Made by a program: the position numbers and the translations under genes. From NCBI RefSeq assembly GCF_902652985.1, contig NC_047015.1, forward strand, positions 43,028,001 to 43,092,000: a DNA stretch of 64,000 nucleotides, given 5' to 3'. The DNA comes from Pecten maximus (taxonomy: Eukaryota). How positions within the stretch are numbered: the first letter of the stretch is position 1; the number at the start of each line of letters is the position of its first letter. Below are positions 37,601 to 50,380 of the stretch, one piece after another. The notes under the pieces are model-generated. The model made no database searches. It had not been told where the DNA came from and saw only the letters and a program-made list of their open reading frames with translations.

Positions 37601-40600
37601 AATGAATTAATATTCTGGTACTTCAATCGACAAATTGAGCTACATCAAAAATGATTTTACAATTACTATACTTAACTCATAATTGATATTCTGTATCTTA
37701 CCTATATAATGTATACCATACTCTAAAAAAAATACACTCTATTTAATAATTTTACATTGATTACTCTGGCTGAAAATGTCAATTTAATATTCCATTAGTT
37801 TGCCTGAAAAAGAACATCCTTTCATACTCTACCACTGTATTCATAGGAACTTAACAAAAATTCCCCACTTGTGGTCCATATACCTGTTATTTATACCTAT
37901 AATAATAGATATATGAGTTTGGGCTTGGAATGAGTGTCTGTTACTCTGTCAGCAGTTTGGATTACCAGCTCTATTACCTATATTGTATGGAGGCTTTCCA
38001 TCATATTGAACCAGATAATTTTTTTGTATGTAAATTGTTTTTATTTCTATGAATATGTTTTTCTATAAATGTGTTTATCAGAATCAGAATGTTGTCACTT
38101 AAACCTTGTATCATGGCGCTTCTCTGTTGATTTCAGACTTGCTATGACAGAGTCAGAACTCGCCCTCACAGAGCAGAAATGTAATGATTACTCGATGCTC
38201 ATCACCAAGCTAAAACAGGAGTTGTCCAACAAGGTGGGCGGCCATCAGGAGGATCTACGCAGATACCAGGAGGTATGTATATAAAATATAAACTATAATT
38301 ATTTTACGACAATTGCAAAGCTGGTTATGTCATCTTTTAACTATTAAATTCTCTTTGTCCAAGAGGTGTTACTTTGGAAGGAAATCGGATTAACCATAGA
38401 GATCCCACATGGTCAGGCAGATTACACTCATACCTTCTCCCATACAATTGGGGAATTGAACCTAGGTCACCTAGGTGGAAGGCGAGTGTATTATCACTGT
38501 GCCACCCGGCCACCCAATGAATGACTGATATTTGATTGTTTCAGGATCGTGCAGTAACTGAGGCAAAACTATACAAAGAAGTGTCAGTAGCACATGACAA
38601 AAATATCCAGTTGGAGACAAAGGTAAATATTTAATTGTTTACACTTTTATTATAAACTTTAAATATAAACAAGTCACAAATAAAACAGGAAATACCATTG
38701 ATTTCCTAATCGTGAAAGTCAAGAGAGTGAGAGTGTTAGATGAAGTGTCCAGAAAGTGAAAGTAGGATTGTTTGTTTGCAGAGTGAAGTGTCGAGAAAGT
38801 GAAAGTAGAATTGTTTGTTTGCTGAGTGAAGTGTCCAAACAATGAAAGTAGGATTGTTTGTTTGCAGAGTGAAGTGTCCAGACAGTGAAAATATTTGTAT
38901 TTATAAATCTCCCACGACTTTATTTTAGTTGGAGGATGCAGAAAGGAAATGTCGACTACAGCAGGACCAAATATTTGAGTTGAGAGAACAGACCACACAC
39001 TTATCGGCTGAAATAAAACTTAAAGGAACACATTTTGATGGTAAATATTACATATTGATAGTATAATAAAACAATGAAGAAGAAAAAAAATCACATTTGT
39101 CATGGAAGTATGTAGATATGCTGCAATGATATGTCTCTATTTTGAAAGAACTTTTTGTACCTCCAGTTACAAGTAAAGTTTTGTACCTTTAGTTACAAGG
39201 ACATTTTTGTACAAGGTCTGTGGATGGAAGATTGTCTAGTTAATGCTGCCCAACTTCTTAACCAGTTTAGTACTGAGCTTCCTGACCATTACAGTATTAG
39301 TAAAACATTGATGATCAGTGACCCAGATTTTTTGTGATTTTGTATGGTCCCATATTTCTGCACTTGGAATAATATAAAGAAGATACTGACATAGATTTAT
39401 GGTACTGTCATGGTTTCTGAGATATAGAAAAAAACATCATCACATTTGTAGGTATTTTGATTTTCCATTGTGTTCTTTTGATTGCACCTTTATGGGAATC
39501 ATTTCATTGATTTGATGACTTTTTTTGTAACTTTTTTTTGTAACTTTTTTATAATATTTGAGTATGTTGGTAATGTTTTACAGAACGACTTCAACAGGAA
39601 CGAATAAGACATAAAGATGACTTGAGAGATGCAGAGCAGATCAGACAAAAGGAGGTATACTGTCAGAAGAGCATGTTTTCATATCAGATATGTCCTTATA
39701 ATGATTTTTTCAAATCTGTTTGAATTTTGTACAATTGATAATCAGAAATGGTGAAAAAATCGTTCATCTATCCAAATTAAGTATGTGTGAAATAATTATG
39801 ACCTCTCTACAGTGTTGTCTGATTGAGGACATGGAACCCAAAGAAGGCTGGAGTGTATAAAAATTTAGGGAGAGTTTATCAAGTGTCAATATGCTGGAGA
39901 AAACAACATGAAATATGGTTTGAACTCCAGGCCGATATAAATTTATTAAGATATTTTATGAATTTATTCCTCAATGATGAATTTTGTATTTACTTTATTA
40001 ATATTTCAGCACTACTTAAGTCTGTAGGTATTGTACTTATCAGAATGTGGGAGATGACATTGATGATGTTTACTTTTGTAGGTAGCGCGAGTACGACAAG
40101 AAGCTGAGGAGACGGAGAGTGCCCTGCGTGAGAGGATTCAGAAGCTGGAGATGACACGACTGTCGTTAGAGGAGGAAATCAGTAAACATAAAAATGCAAA
40201 CATGAACAACAAACTTCATCACGAAGAACAGCTCAGTCTCGCTAAACAGAAACTCATGAGTGAGGAGGTATGATATTTCAAATTATACCAACACACAGAA
40301 TTATGTAAACAGATGCCAATTATTGAATATGTAATTGGGGTAATAACGAACAATTGGACCTCTTTTGGAATTAAAAAAAGACAGTTATTATGAAACAGTA
40401 GCATCAATATACAAATGTAGCTCATAGTTATCTTGATATACCACAGAATAAGTCAATGGCTTATCATATTCTAATAAAAGATTTTCATGGGAAGGGAGGG
40501 AACTCTGTATGAACTATACATTGATGAAAACCTATGTTGATTCTGTAATTGAAGGAGCTGCGTCAGCAACATGTGGAGGAGAAACTGAAGCTGGAGATGC

Positions 40601-41796
40601 ACCTGAAGGATGAGCTCCAGTCTCGGTGTAACCAGATGTCAGGTCAGGCGTCAGAACTACAGTCCAAGAACAGCTCACTCACCATGGAGCTGGAACTAAT
40701 GAAGAGGCGTGTTGAAGAGCTTCACCAGGTCAGCCATTTTATCATATCTTAAAGTGTCTTCCATGTCCTGTATATGAGTATTCTGGAACTCTGTAGTCTG
40801 ATTGACTATAGTCTATGTTGATGAGATTTCAATGTATATACATATCAACATTTAGAGGATGAGAGAATCACATTTTACTAAGAATCCTCTCCTGTCACTG
40901 TAGCAGGGTACTAGATATACAAAGAAATAAAACTTGATATGTTCTCCAATCCACAGGAGCTGTCTGATAAGAACAGTATGACACTATCTGAAGTGGGCAA
41001 GGTGAAGATCGACCTAAATCAGACAATCACCAAGCTTGATGGGGAGAGGAAAATCCAGGCTGAACTTCGGGAACAACTTGGGGAGGCTGATAGAAAGATG
41101 TCAGGTAGGAGTTGAGGTCGAATCAGGAATACTGATGTTTAATATGTATAAAGAAAATTAAATTGTTTAGGTCATTAATGATGTAAATACAAGGTTGCAA
41201 GATGGTAGAATATTTTAAAATGATCAAGCTACAAACAATTTCTATACCATCTATGGCTTCCTATTTCACATGTGTTTGTCAAGTTTCTGTATTTTGGGAA
41301 GGTGGTGTGTTGCACACTGGTTCTAAAATTAGGTCCCACATCAATCTTTATTAAACTGATGTCCATTTTACTAAGAAATTACAATTAATGAGGCCTTACC
41401 TGTACGTAAAGTTTCTTTAAAAGAAAAGGTCAGATTCGAGCACCTTGACCAAGAGAAATATAGACTGCTTCAGAAGTTAATGGTTAACTGATCTAAGATA
41501 AATTCAGTAAATTTTATTGTTACCTTACACATTACAGTCGTGAAAGTACAATTCAATTTACTGTTAGAACAAGTGTTTGAAGGATTTTGTTGCTAAAACT
41601 TCAATATCTACTTTCAGAACAACTTCTTAGACACCGACAGTTACTGGAGGAAAAGGATTTAGAGACGGAGGATCTGAAAAGGAGATTGAAATCAAGAGAG
41701 GCAGAACTGAACGGAATACGGGAGGAGGAGAGCCAACGAGCACAAGTGTTACAAAACGCTATAATGAACTATGTCAACAAAGTACCTCCTCACTGA
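34678..41796 (+). CDS. LRRC45: Leucine-rich repeat-containing protein 45 (LRR + coiled coil), 5'-partial, 14 exons visible
   Basis: Exons 34678-34748, 34960-35138, 35556-35684, 35930-36042, 36423-36481, 37059-37136, 38137-38272, 38545-38622, 38929-39040, 39584-39654, 40082-40267, 40555-40728, 40957-41104, 41618-41796 (1713 nt, in phase). Peptides [69 protein letters not shown] match the LRRC45 LRRs. A long coiled coil follows, ending [17 protein letters not shown]. Confidence 0.92.
37233..37348 (+). mobile_element. 5'-truncated SINE (3' tail only) with 12-bp TSD in an LRRC45 intron
   Basis: TSD CACTATACATGT at 37221-37232 and 37349-37360. The body is the reverse complement of 54260-54372. 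Confidence 0.85.
38360..38512 (-). mobile_element. Degenerate tRNA-derived SINE
   Basis: The minus strand reads GGCCGGGTGGCACAGTG..GGTTCAATTCCCC (A/B boxes), followed by a decayed V-like core. Confidence 0.55.
38740..38890. repeat. ~45-bp tandem repeat (3-4 copies) upstream of an LRRC45 acceptor
   Basis: GTGAAGTGTCCAGAAAGTGAAAGTAGGATTGTTTGTTTGCAGA repeated. Confidence 0.8.
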
Positions 41797-44080
41797 CCAG
41801 TCTAGTTAACATTACAGTTATCAAGGAGATCTTTCAGTGGCCATGTGGAAAATGTCTTATATACTATCTTTGACTTGCGCACATTGATAGAGTACAATGA
41901 GGTAGTGCCTAAGCCCATTTTGGTGGATCTCTGATGTTTGGGACTAAACATACTATAATAGCCTGTTGTTTTTCATCAAAATACTCCCATGATGGGTAGA
42001 GAACTAGGTGCTTTCTTAGTTCAGTTGCAAACAACATTAGGGAGTTCCATAACATGCTATCCTAATTGCTCATAATATTATGTGACAAGCCTCCTGTATG
42101 TTGTTAGTGAGGTAGCCACCAGCTACTACAAGACCCCACCTCAAAATGACCCATGCCGTTCATGGGATGAAAAACTTGACAAACAAATAGTTTCGATATT
42201 TGTGAGATAGTTGTGAATTGTATGGCAGTTTTCTTGTGAAAGACAAAAATGACTTGGATGCAGTGTGATTCATCAAATGGCATCAAGTTGAAATGTGAAA
42301 CAACGAAGACAGCTCTATACTAGTATATTAAAGCAATGTATGTTCTATATTATGTCTGTGTGTTCAAGGTACACATGTGGTAGACTTGTAAATGTCTTTG
42401 ACCGTCCGTGTATAGATCTGACATAAGGCTGTGATATAATGAATGATTATGACTGTAGAGTAATGAGAGCTTTTCATATTTAATAATACTTAGTCAAAGT
42501 AGTCATATTTTAAAATAATTGTATAAACTTTTCTACTACACATTTGTAACTAATCGTTCTTGAAAATGTCTCCAGTTCTTCTTTACAGTATTTATTACAA
42601 CACTAGTACTATATAGTTACCTTGTTTTGGTCACTTTAAGTCTGTTATCAATTAATCACAATGGAGAAATTAATCCAGACAAATTATGATTTAATGTTGT
42701 ATAAAAATCAAATACAAAATTTTCATATCATACATGTACATGTATTACAAATTGATGGCAGGTCTTAATGAAAATGCCAGTCGCTCATACATATATTATC
42801 AGATCAGTAAGTTTCAGTGTTATACTTCTTTATGTAATTTGGCCAGTACTTTTACACACCACCTTTCTTTCTTTACAGATATTTTTCTTTAGAGAAGAAC
42901 CAATACACTATAACAACACCACATACAATGTCTCACCACTTACAATACAAATGTATATGATAATATTTAAATTTATTCAGAAAACAATATAACACATAAT
43001 AAGTCACTGGCAGTCAGTATTATTACATGTCTTTATAGAACATCATATGTAGAACATGAGAGATAACCAGATGTGTATATCTGTAACGAATGTTGTACGA
43101 GACCGGAGATATTGGTATGCTATTTTTTTTTATTAAATAAATACAATATTGTTATAACTTTGTAAGATATTTGTCCTCCAAGATAAATGTTCAATCTCGA
43201 AAACTTGGACTGAGTATAGACAGACTAAACAATATTAGTAAAATACAAGTGTCCTGTAGTTCTTTGACACATTTGTATTGTAGCCAGGAACTCTCTTTAG
43301 GGTTCGGTTCATGTGCTCTTATAATCGTACCAGCTATTTTCAAATTTGATGTTTAGATGAAGTTCATATACTAGTAAGCAGGTATCTGATAAATACTTCA
43401 ATTATTTTTAGAAATACTGACATACACAAATTCACCAATTAACCTTACCAAAAATGTATGTACTGAAAACTTTGAAAATGATACTTTAATGAATTTGAGT
43501 TTGTATTATACACTGCCATTTCCTGATGGTGAATGACTCATCCTTACTGAGGTATATACACTGTTAATCACATCTATGATTTTTATTGTCATCAGTGTGT
43601 ATGAAGTACATTATTTCATTATTAATCAAGTCAACTATTGATGTCGAATTGAAAACATTATGTTTTATTTACATATTTGATGAATTCATTTGATTTATTT
43701 TAGTTAAAAGATAAAACAAAGTAGGTAGCTCTTTGCAAATTTTTATTAATAATATCAAATATATATATATACATGTATATGTACATAAATATTGAAACAC
43801 ATGTATGGAATTTGCATTGGTATGTAAACTGTATAAAAATGAAAATAAATATGAACGTTAAAATATCTATTGCTATTTTGTCAGTACATAACTGATCAGA
43901 CTTGTATCAAGTTTCTTAGTAATTTAAGAGGTTCAATTCCCATTTACAAAGCACGTACATGTACATATCAAAATAATCATTTTTAATCCCAGGACATTTG
44001 ATCTAATGAGGGTGGGAATATAAGAGAAATCAGATCACAAGATACACCAGATCTAAAGTGGATAAAAAGAGGATAAAAAA

Positions 44081-44820
44081 AACAAGGCTTAGAGGGCCTG
44101 TATCACTTACATGATATACCAGATTTAACATGTACATGTTGGTGAATAAAAACCAAATGCCTGAAGAGCATGTTTATTTACTTGCTTCACCAGATCTATA
44201 ATATAGATACACAAGATGCTTGGATGGCCTGTATACAGTAACATGTATGTGGATATAAAACAAGGGGCTCAGAGGGCCTGTATATATTATCTGATACACC
44301 AGATCTAGCATGGTGTTGGATGTAGAACAAGAGGACCAGAAGCACTCAACTGGATATGGCAGTGAGTATTGGAAACACTCTACATTTCTACATTAGAAGA
44401 ATTTTGAAGTGTTTGCTTTATTTCCCATATTTGGCCCCAACCCTGCAGGGGAACCAATTTTGTATTACCATTTATACAAAATTGGTTCCCCTTCACCCAA
44501 GGATACTTCAGACCAAATGCTTTCATTCATACAGAAGAAGGATTTCAACCAATTTAGTGCACATTTCCCCTGTTTAGCCCTTCAGGCCCCTCCTTTATAC
44601 AAAACTGCTTATTCTTCACCCAAGGGTGCTCCACAACAAATTTGGTTGAAAACTGCTCAGTGGTTTATGACCAGTAGTGTAAAGTGGACGGACGGACTAG
44701 GGATGCTGCACATCGGTTCTTCGGACCAGGTGGGCTAACAAGAGGTTCAGGAGGCCTGTACCACTCAATACAATGTAAAACAAGACGTCCATAGAACCTT
44801 TATTCACTCACCTAGATATT
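44081..44820 (-). mobile_element. Minus-strand HINE (44327-44738) embedded in tandemly repeated HINE 3'-end hairpins
   Basis: CGGTTCTTCGGACCAGGTGGGCTAA is the reverse complement of the HINE 5' end. AACAAG..AGAGGGCCTGTA-like ends occur at ~44081, 44210, 44259, 44326, 44737 and 44779. Confidence 0.6.
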
Positions 44821-45307
44821 GAAATATTCATAGCAATACTTTGTTGATGGCATGCATCAATTGTCGACTTTCACCTCTTGCCTGTATTCAAATTTAACTT
44901 CATATAGGTTTACCAGTGTGCAGACAAACATCGTTTTCTAGTTCATGTACATTTGATGTTACATACATTTGATGTTACATACAGAAGTATGGGAAAAGGC
45001 TTGCTAAAAGTTTAATTTCTAACATCTTGACCTTTTAACATGACCTTTCAAATAATTGATAAATACTATTTGATTTACACCAATTAAGACAGGCTCCATG
45101 ATCATGTGTTACTGGTATTGTTGTTGGCTGGTTGGTACTGTAGCATGCAGGTCTTTATATGGGAGGAAAATGCATGGCGTTCATGCAAAAGATTGGGTAA
45201 CATTTCATATCTATAAAGGAAATGAATTCCAGCCCTCATAATGAAAGGCAAGTCCATCACACGACCCACCTATATTTTTTAGTCCATTGTATATACATTA
45301 CTTCTCA

Positions 45308-48300
45308 TCATAGTCCATTGTACATACTGTAACACTGTGGGTGGTACTTGTGTGGCCCAGTGTCCTGTAAAACACCAGAGGGCGAACAGATCCAGGGGTC
45401 AAAGGTTATATTCTGCCACATATTTAACTGGTGCTGCAGCTGATGATAAACCTTTGCGTGACTTGGATCATAAGCTAGATTTTGGAGTTCTTTCGGGTCA
45501 TTCACTATGTTAAAAAGCTCCCACTGGTCTCTGTAGTAATAGTTATGAAGAGTTTTATACCAGTGTGTGTCTTCTCCTCGCCGTGTTCTGTTCAGTAGGT
45601 CCTGGAATGTTCTTGAAATGAAAAAATCTTGATCTATTGAAAACGGCATTTGAAAGTTAATGTTCTGGATGAGTTTATATTGTTTGTTTCTCACCACCCT
45701 CATTGGGTAATACATTGTTACCTCATGAAGACTATGGCTGGCGTACACAGTATCCCATGATTCCTTTGGTTCTTCCTCTAGCAACGGAAGTAAAGATTTT
45801 CCGGTTAAGGTCACATGATTTCTGAGGATCTTGTAGTGAGGATATTTGACACCAAACCAGTCAAGCACTGTCGGCAGAATGTCCACATGACTCAACATAG
45901 CATCACTTCTCTGAAATCACAAAATTATTTTCAAATGTATCCATACAAAAAAAAAATATTTCAATTAAAATCTCCCGATTGCCCCCAATTAGTGAAATTA
46001 TTTAGTCTGCAGGAGAAATGTTTAAAATTGTTCACCCACCTGTCCCCAGCGCTTGCTATGGTACGGTGAAGACAAGATGAACGGTTCAGCCAAACCGGAG
46101 TCGTACAAGTTGGTACGGCCATTTGGGAAAGGAATGCCGTTGTCAGAGGAGTACATGACCAGGGTGTCATCTGCGTGGCCTGCTAACTCCAGCTCCTTCA
46201 GTATAAGGCCTATACCTTAAAGTACAACATAGAAACAAAGAATGATATGTTTGGAATATATGTACAGTACTTTTTTTCATGGACATTATAACTTATACCT
46301 GTTGTAACTCATATTCTGCTATGTTGTATATATGGAGTTTTAACAGATGTGCTGTTGTCCTATAATCATGGAGTCTTAACTGATAAAGTATTATTCTATG
46401 ACTATCCTCATTGTTTACCTTGGTCCATACGATTGATAGTGGTATACTGGGCAGCTATGTCCAGTCTGGCCGCCGGAGTGTCCTGCACAAAATAGGGAAC
46501 TACCACAGATGCTGGGTCAAATATTACAGGCTTCCAATCGGGCATAGTCCCATCAGCGCCAAACTTCTCACAGAACTGTCCGTACTGGGGATGAGTGTGG
46601 CCACATCGATGGGGATCATGGAATGCCACATACAGAAAAAATGGACTGGAATATATAGATTTTGGATTAGTTAATTTATAAAAAATTAATGGGAAACAAA
46701 GCATCAAAATTGATACAAATCCCCTCCCTCCCACTTAAACCACCTGATCAAAAGGAGACAGGCATTTATGTAAACAAAACAGATTTTGAGCTTGACACTA
46801 AAAATCTGAAAATCAAACTAAAATGAATTAATACTCTATATTTCTCTAATGTTCAACAAAATCAGAAATCATGACAGTGTGTGACTTAAATTGCTTTCAA
46901 TAGTAATGATGACCTTGACCCTGATTAATCACAGAACCTCCATCAATAACCAGTTATACAGTATACATATAGATTAAATAGAGCAAGGAAATTCAGGTAA
47001 TTTTCATTTTATGATATTTGTTTGTTATATAAGGAAACTTTCACCTGGAAGAATTCTGCTGCAGGAATTCACGGACATGTTGTCGAATAAAGGTGATATT
47101 TCTTCCTGTTTGTAGAATACTGTGGCCATCAAGTTCAGTGACAGAGTAATCAAATGGGTATACCGACTCTGGCCCAATATTCTTCTTACCAATGATACCT
47201 GTCAATTATAACAAATGTCAATATTGTTCTATATCAAAAGCAAGTAATACTGAGGTGGCTGTGTTTTGACATTTGTCTATAATCATTTTTGTACTGACAC
47301 CTGTCTCTTGTCTTACCTGTTCTGACACCTGTCTCATGATTCCTGTCTCCTTTCTTACCTGTTCTGACACCTGTCTCCTGATCTACCTATTCTGACACCT
47401 GTCTCCTGATCTACCTATTCTGACACCTGTCTCCTGATCTACCTGTTCTGACACCTGTCTCCTGATCTACCTATTCTGACACCTGTCTCCTGATCTACCT
47501 ATTCTGACACCTGTCTCCTGATCTACATATTCTGACACCTGTCTCCTGATCTACTTTTTTTTGACACCTGTCTCCTGATCTACCTATTCTGACACCTGTC
47601 TCCTGATCTACCTTTTCTGACACCTGTCTCCTGATCTACCTGTTCTGACACCTGTCTCCTGATCTACATATTCTGACACCTGTCTTCCGATCTACCTATT
47701 CTGACATCCGTCTCCTGATCTAATTATTCTGACACTGTCTCCTAGCGGTCCTTCTTTTTTGACACCAGTCTCTCGATCTACCTTTTCTGACACCTGTCTC
47801 CTGATCCACCTACATTTATGTATTCGGACACGGTCTCTTGATCTGCATTTTCTGACACCTATATCCTGATCTACCTATTCTGACACCTGTCTCCTGATCT
47901 ACATATTCTGACACCTGTCTCCTGATCTACCTATTCCGACACTGCCTCCTAGATGTCTTACCATTTTTGACATCTGTCTCCTGATCTACCTGTTCTGACA
48001 CCTGTCTCCTGATCTACCTGTTCGGACACCTGTCTCCTGATCTACCTATTCTGACACCTGTCTCTTAGCTGATGTCTTACCTTTTTTGACACATGTCTTA
48101 CGATTCCTGTCCTATTTGTCTTACCTGTTCGGACACCTGCCCCCTGACGATTCCTGTCCTATATGTCTTACCTGTTCGGACACCTGCCCCCTGACGATTC
48201 CTGTCCTATATGTCTTACCTGTTCGGACACCTGCCCCCTATATGTCTTACCTGTTCGGACACCTGCCCCCTGAGGATTCCTGTCCTATATGTCTTACCTG

Positions 48301-50275
48301 TTCGGACACCTGCCCCCTATTTGTCTTACCTGTTCGGACACCTGCCCCCTGAGGATTCCTGTCCTATTTGTCTTACCTGTTCGGACACCTGCCCCCTGAC
48401 GATTCCTGTCCTATATGTCTTACCTGTTCGGACACCTGCCCCCTGACGATTCCTGTCCTATATATCTTACCTGTTCGGACACCTGCCCCCTATTTGTCTT
48501 ACCTGTTCGGACACCTGCCCCCTGAGGATTCCTGTCCTATATGTCTTACCTGTTCGGACCCCTGCCCCCTATTTGTCTTACCTGTTCGGACACCTGCCCC
48601 CTGAGGATTCCTGTCCTATTTGTCTTACCTGTTCGGACACCTGCCCCCTTCAGCAGCGATGGTAGACTTGTGACCTCTTCAAATGACTGAAAGTGGTGGT
48701 AGCCATTGAACAGTCCATACATTCCATTTTGGTGCTGTGGTAACCCTGACAACACAACTGACCTGGAAACATCATATAAGGCTATTTACACATGATAACT
48801 AGAATCAACCTGAATGTTGTGAGAGTGGATATCCTACCCGAAGACTAAAGGAGAATTCCTGCTAGCCTGGTATTGGAACCATCATACCTAATTGTGTGAA
48901 AACTGAATATTGATTACAATTAAAGAATTAATAACAAGGTTTTATAAAATATGAGATAGGTTTCAGACACAAACATCAGGTGATAATTAACCTCTCGAGT
49001 AGGATTTAAATAACACCAGATACTTTGATGTCTAATAATATGTATGATACAATAACATCATGTACAAAATTTAATGTGCAATATACCTGCTAGGGGAACA
49101 ACTGCTCACTGATGTAAATGCATTGTTGAAAACCAAGCTCCTCTGTGCTAACTTGTTCAGGTTTGGTGTCTTACAAATGTCATTGTTGTACACCTGTGTT
49201 TCAAATCCAGCATCATCCCCTAAAACAGAATGAATAACTAGAAAATGTCTGTAAGACATCAATGTCCCATTCCCACTTGACACTCTAAAACACAGTTTGG
49301 TGAGGATCGCCTCAGCAGTTCCTGATATTAGCTAGTTACATACAATGGGGACGGAACGGGACGTCATTTCATGGCAGGGGCATAAAAATATCAAATACAT
49401 GCACAGCTGTTCATGTGTAATAGGAAGGAGTAATCAAAAATAGCCTGCCTGTGGTGGGGCTTGAACTAGCGACCCTTTCCTCTCAAGGCAACTCAAGGCA
49501 AAATATGTGTTGAAACATCTTAATTACCACTAGGTTAAACGGAAATTATCACTAGCCTGAGCTAATAAGGTGACATTATACTCTCAATTTTTACACTACT
49601 CCCTCCTTCACAAAGTCTTCGCACCAAAACCCAGGGTTCATTTGCTCAAAGGAAGCCTTTCAATCTCCATAGCTTTCCCTTGAAGTGGTTTAAGGGAAAT
49701 TAATATTTAGTAATCTGAGCTAGTAAGGTGGCCTATACCCTTAACTTATACATATGTACAACCCCCTCCCCAAATGTTTATTCACAGTCTCACTGACCCT
49801 CCAATCCAAGCTTTTAAAATATGTTTCACACCGTTTGGACCAAATCCATGGCAGTTATTCTTCAATCTTACAAAAAATGCAGATTTTATAGAATTGCTTT
49901 GTTTCTTTTAAGTTACTTACAAATTACTTACCTTTTTCAACTGTATGAACACTATGTAAATACTAAAGGCAACGAATGGACACACTGTTGACTGATTTAT
50001 TAATTCATATACTTATGATAATCTGGGAAGTCAAAGTGAAACTGAAACCTGATGAAAAACATCAAGAACCGGATATCGATTTTGACGATAACTAGTGACA
50101 TCCTAGCCTATACAGGTACGTTTTTAGAAAACACAGGACAGAATGGCAACTTACCAAGTATTAGCAGGACGTTCCTAGGTTGTGCTGGGTATATTAATGT
50201 ACTTATACCGAGAAAAACTGTGAAAATGACATTTGCAAACATTTCTGGACTGATATGTCTTGTGATCAAAACCAT
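45308..50275 (-). CDS. SGSH: N-sulphoglucosamine sulphohydrolase (sulfamidase), 7 coding exons, ~515 aa
   Basis: Exons (-): 50275-50155, 49219-49087, 48762-48629, 47198-47045, 46645-46419, 46215-46040, 45910-45308 (1548 nt). There is a signal-like N-terminus, then [26 protein letters not shown] (formylglycine motif), [57 protein letters not shown] and FPFSIDQDF-like. A possible second start ATG lies at 50242. Confidence 0.96.
47294..48649. repeat. Composite minisatellite filling SGSH intron 3: 47/32-bp units near exon 3 grading into 28-bp units
   Basis: Units CCTGTTCGGACACCTGCCCCCTGAGGATTCCTGTCCTATTTGTCTTA (47 bp), CCTGTTCGGACACCTGCCCCCTATTTGTCTTA (32 bp) and TCTGACACCTGTCTCCTGATCTACCTAT (28 bp). 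The first unit overlaps the coding end of exon 3. Confidence 0.95.
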
Positions 50276-50332
50276 AGAGGAGTTCAAAATAGATTTTCGA
50301 GACCTTTCGTGTTTTTTCCTAGACTTATTATA

Positions 50333-50380
50333 ACTTCCTGTTTACATCACGTGACGGTTGGAGTCCCCTTCACACGTGAT
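50333..50380. promoter_or_regulatory. SGSH proximal promoter: two CACGTG E-boxes (CLEAR-like) and an ETS-like site
   Basis: ATCACGTGAC at 50346-50355 (GTCACGTGAT on the SGSH strand), CACGTGAT at 50373-50380 and ACTTCCTG at 50333-50340, all 60-105 nt upstream of the SGSH ATG. Confidence 0.6.

Noticed and set aside
48086-48604. Cys-rich '[14 protein letters not shown]' zinc-finger-like ORFs
   Set aside because: Translations of the 47/32-bp intronic repeat antisense to SGSH; the frames switch from unit to unit.
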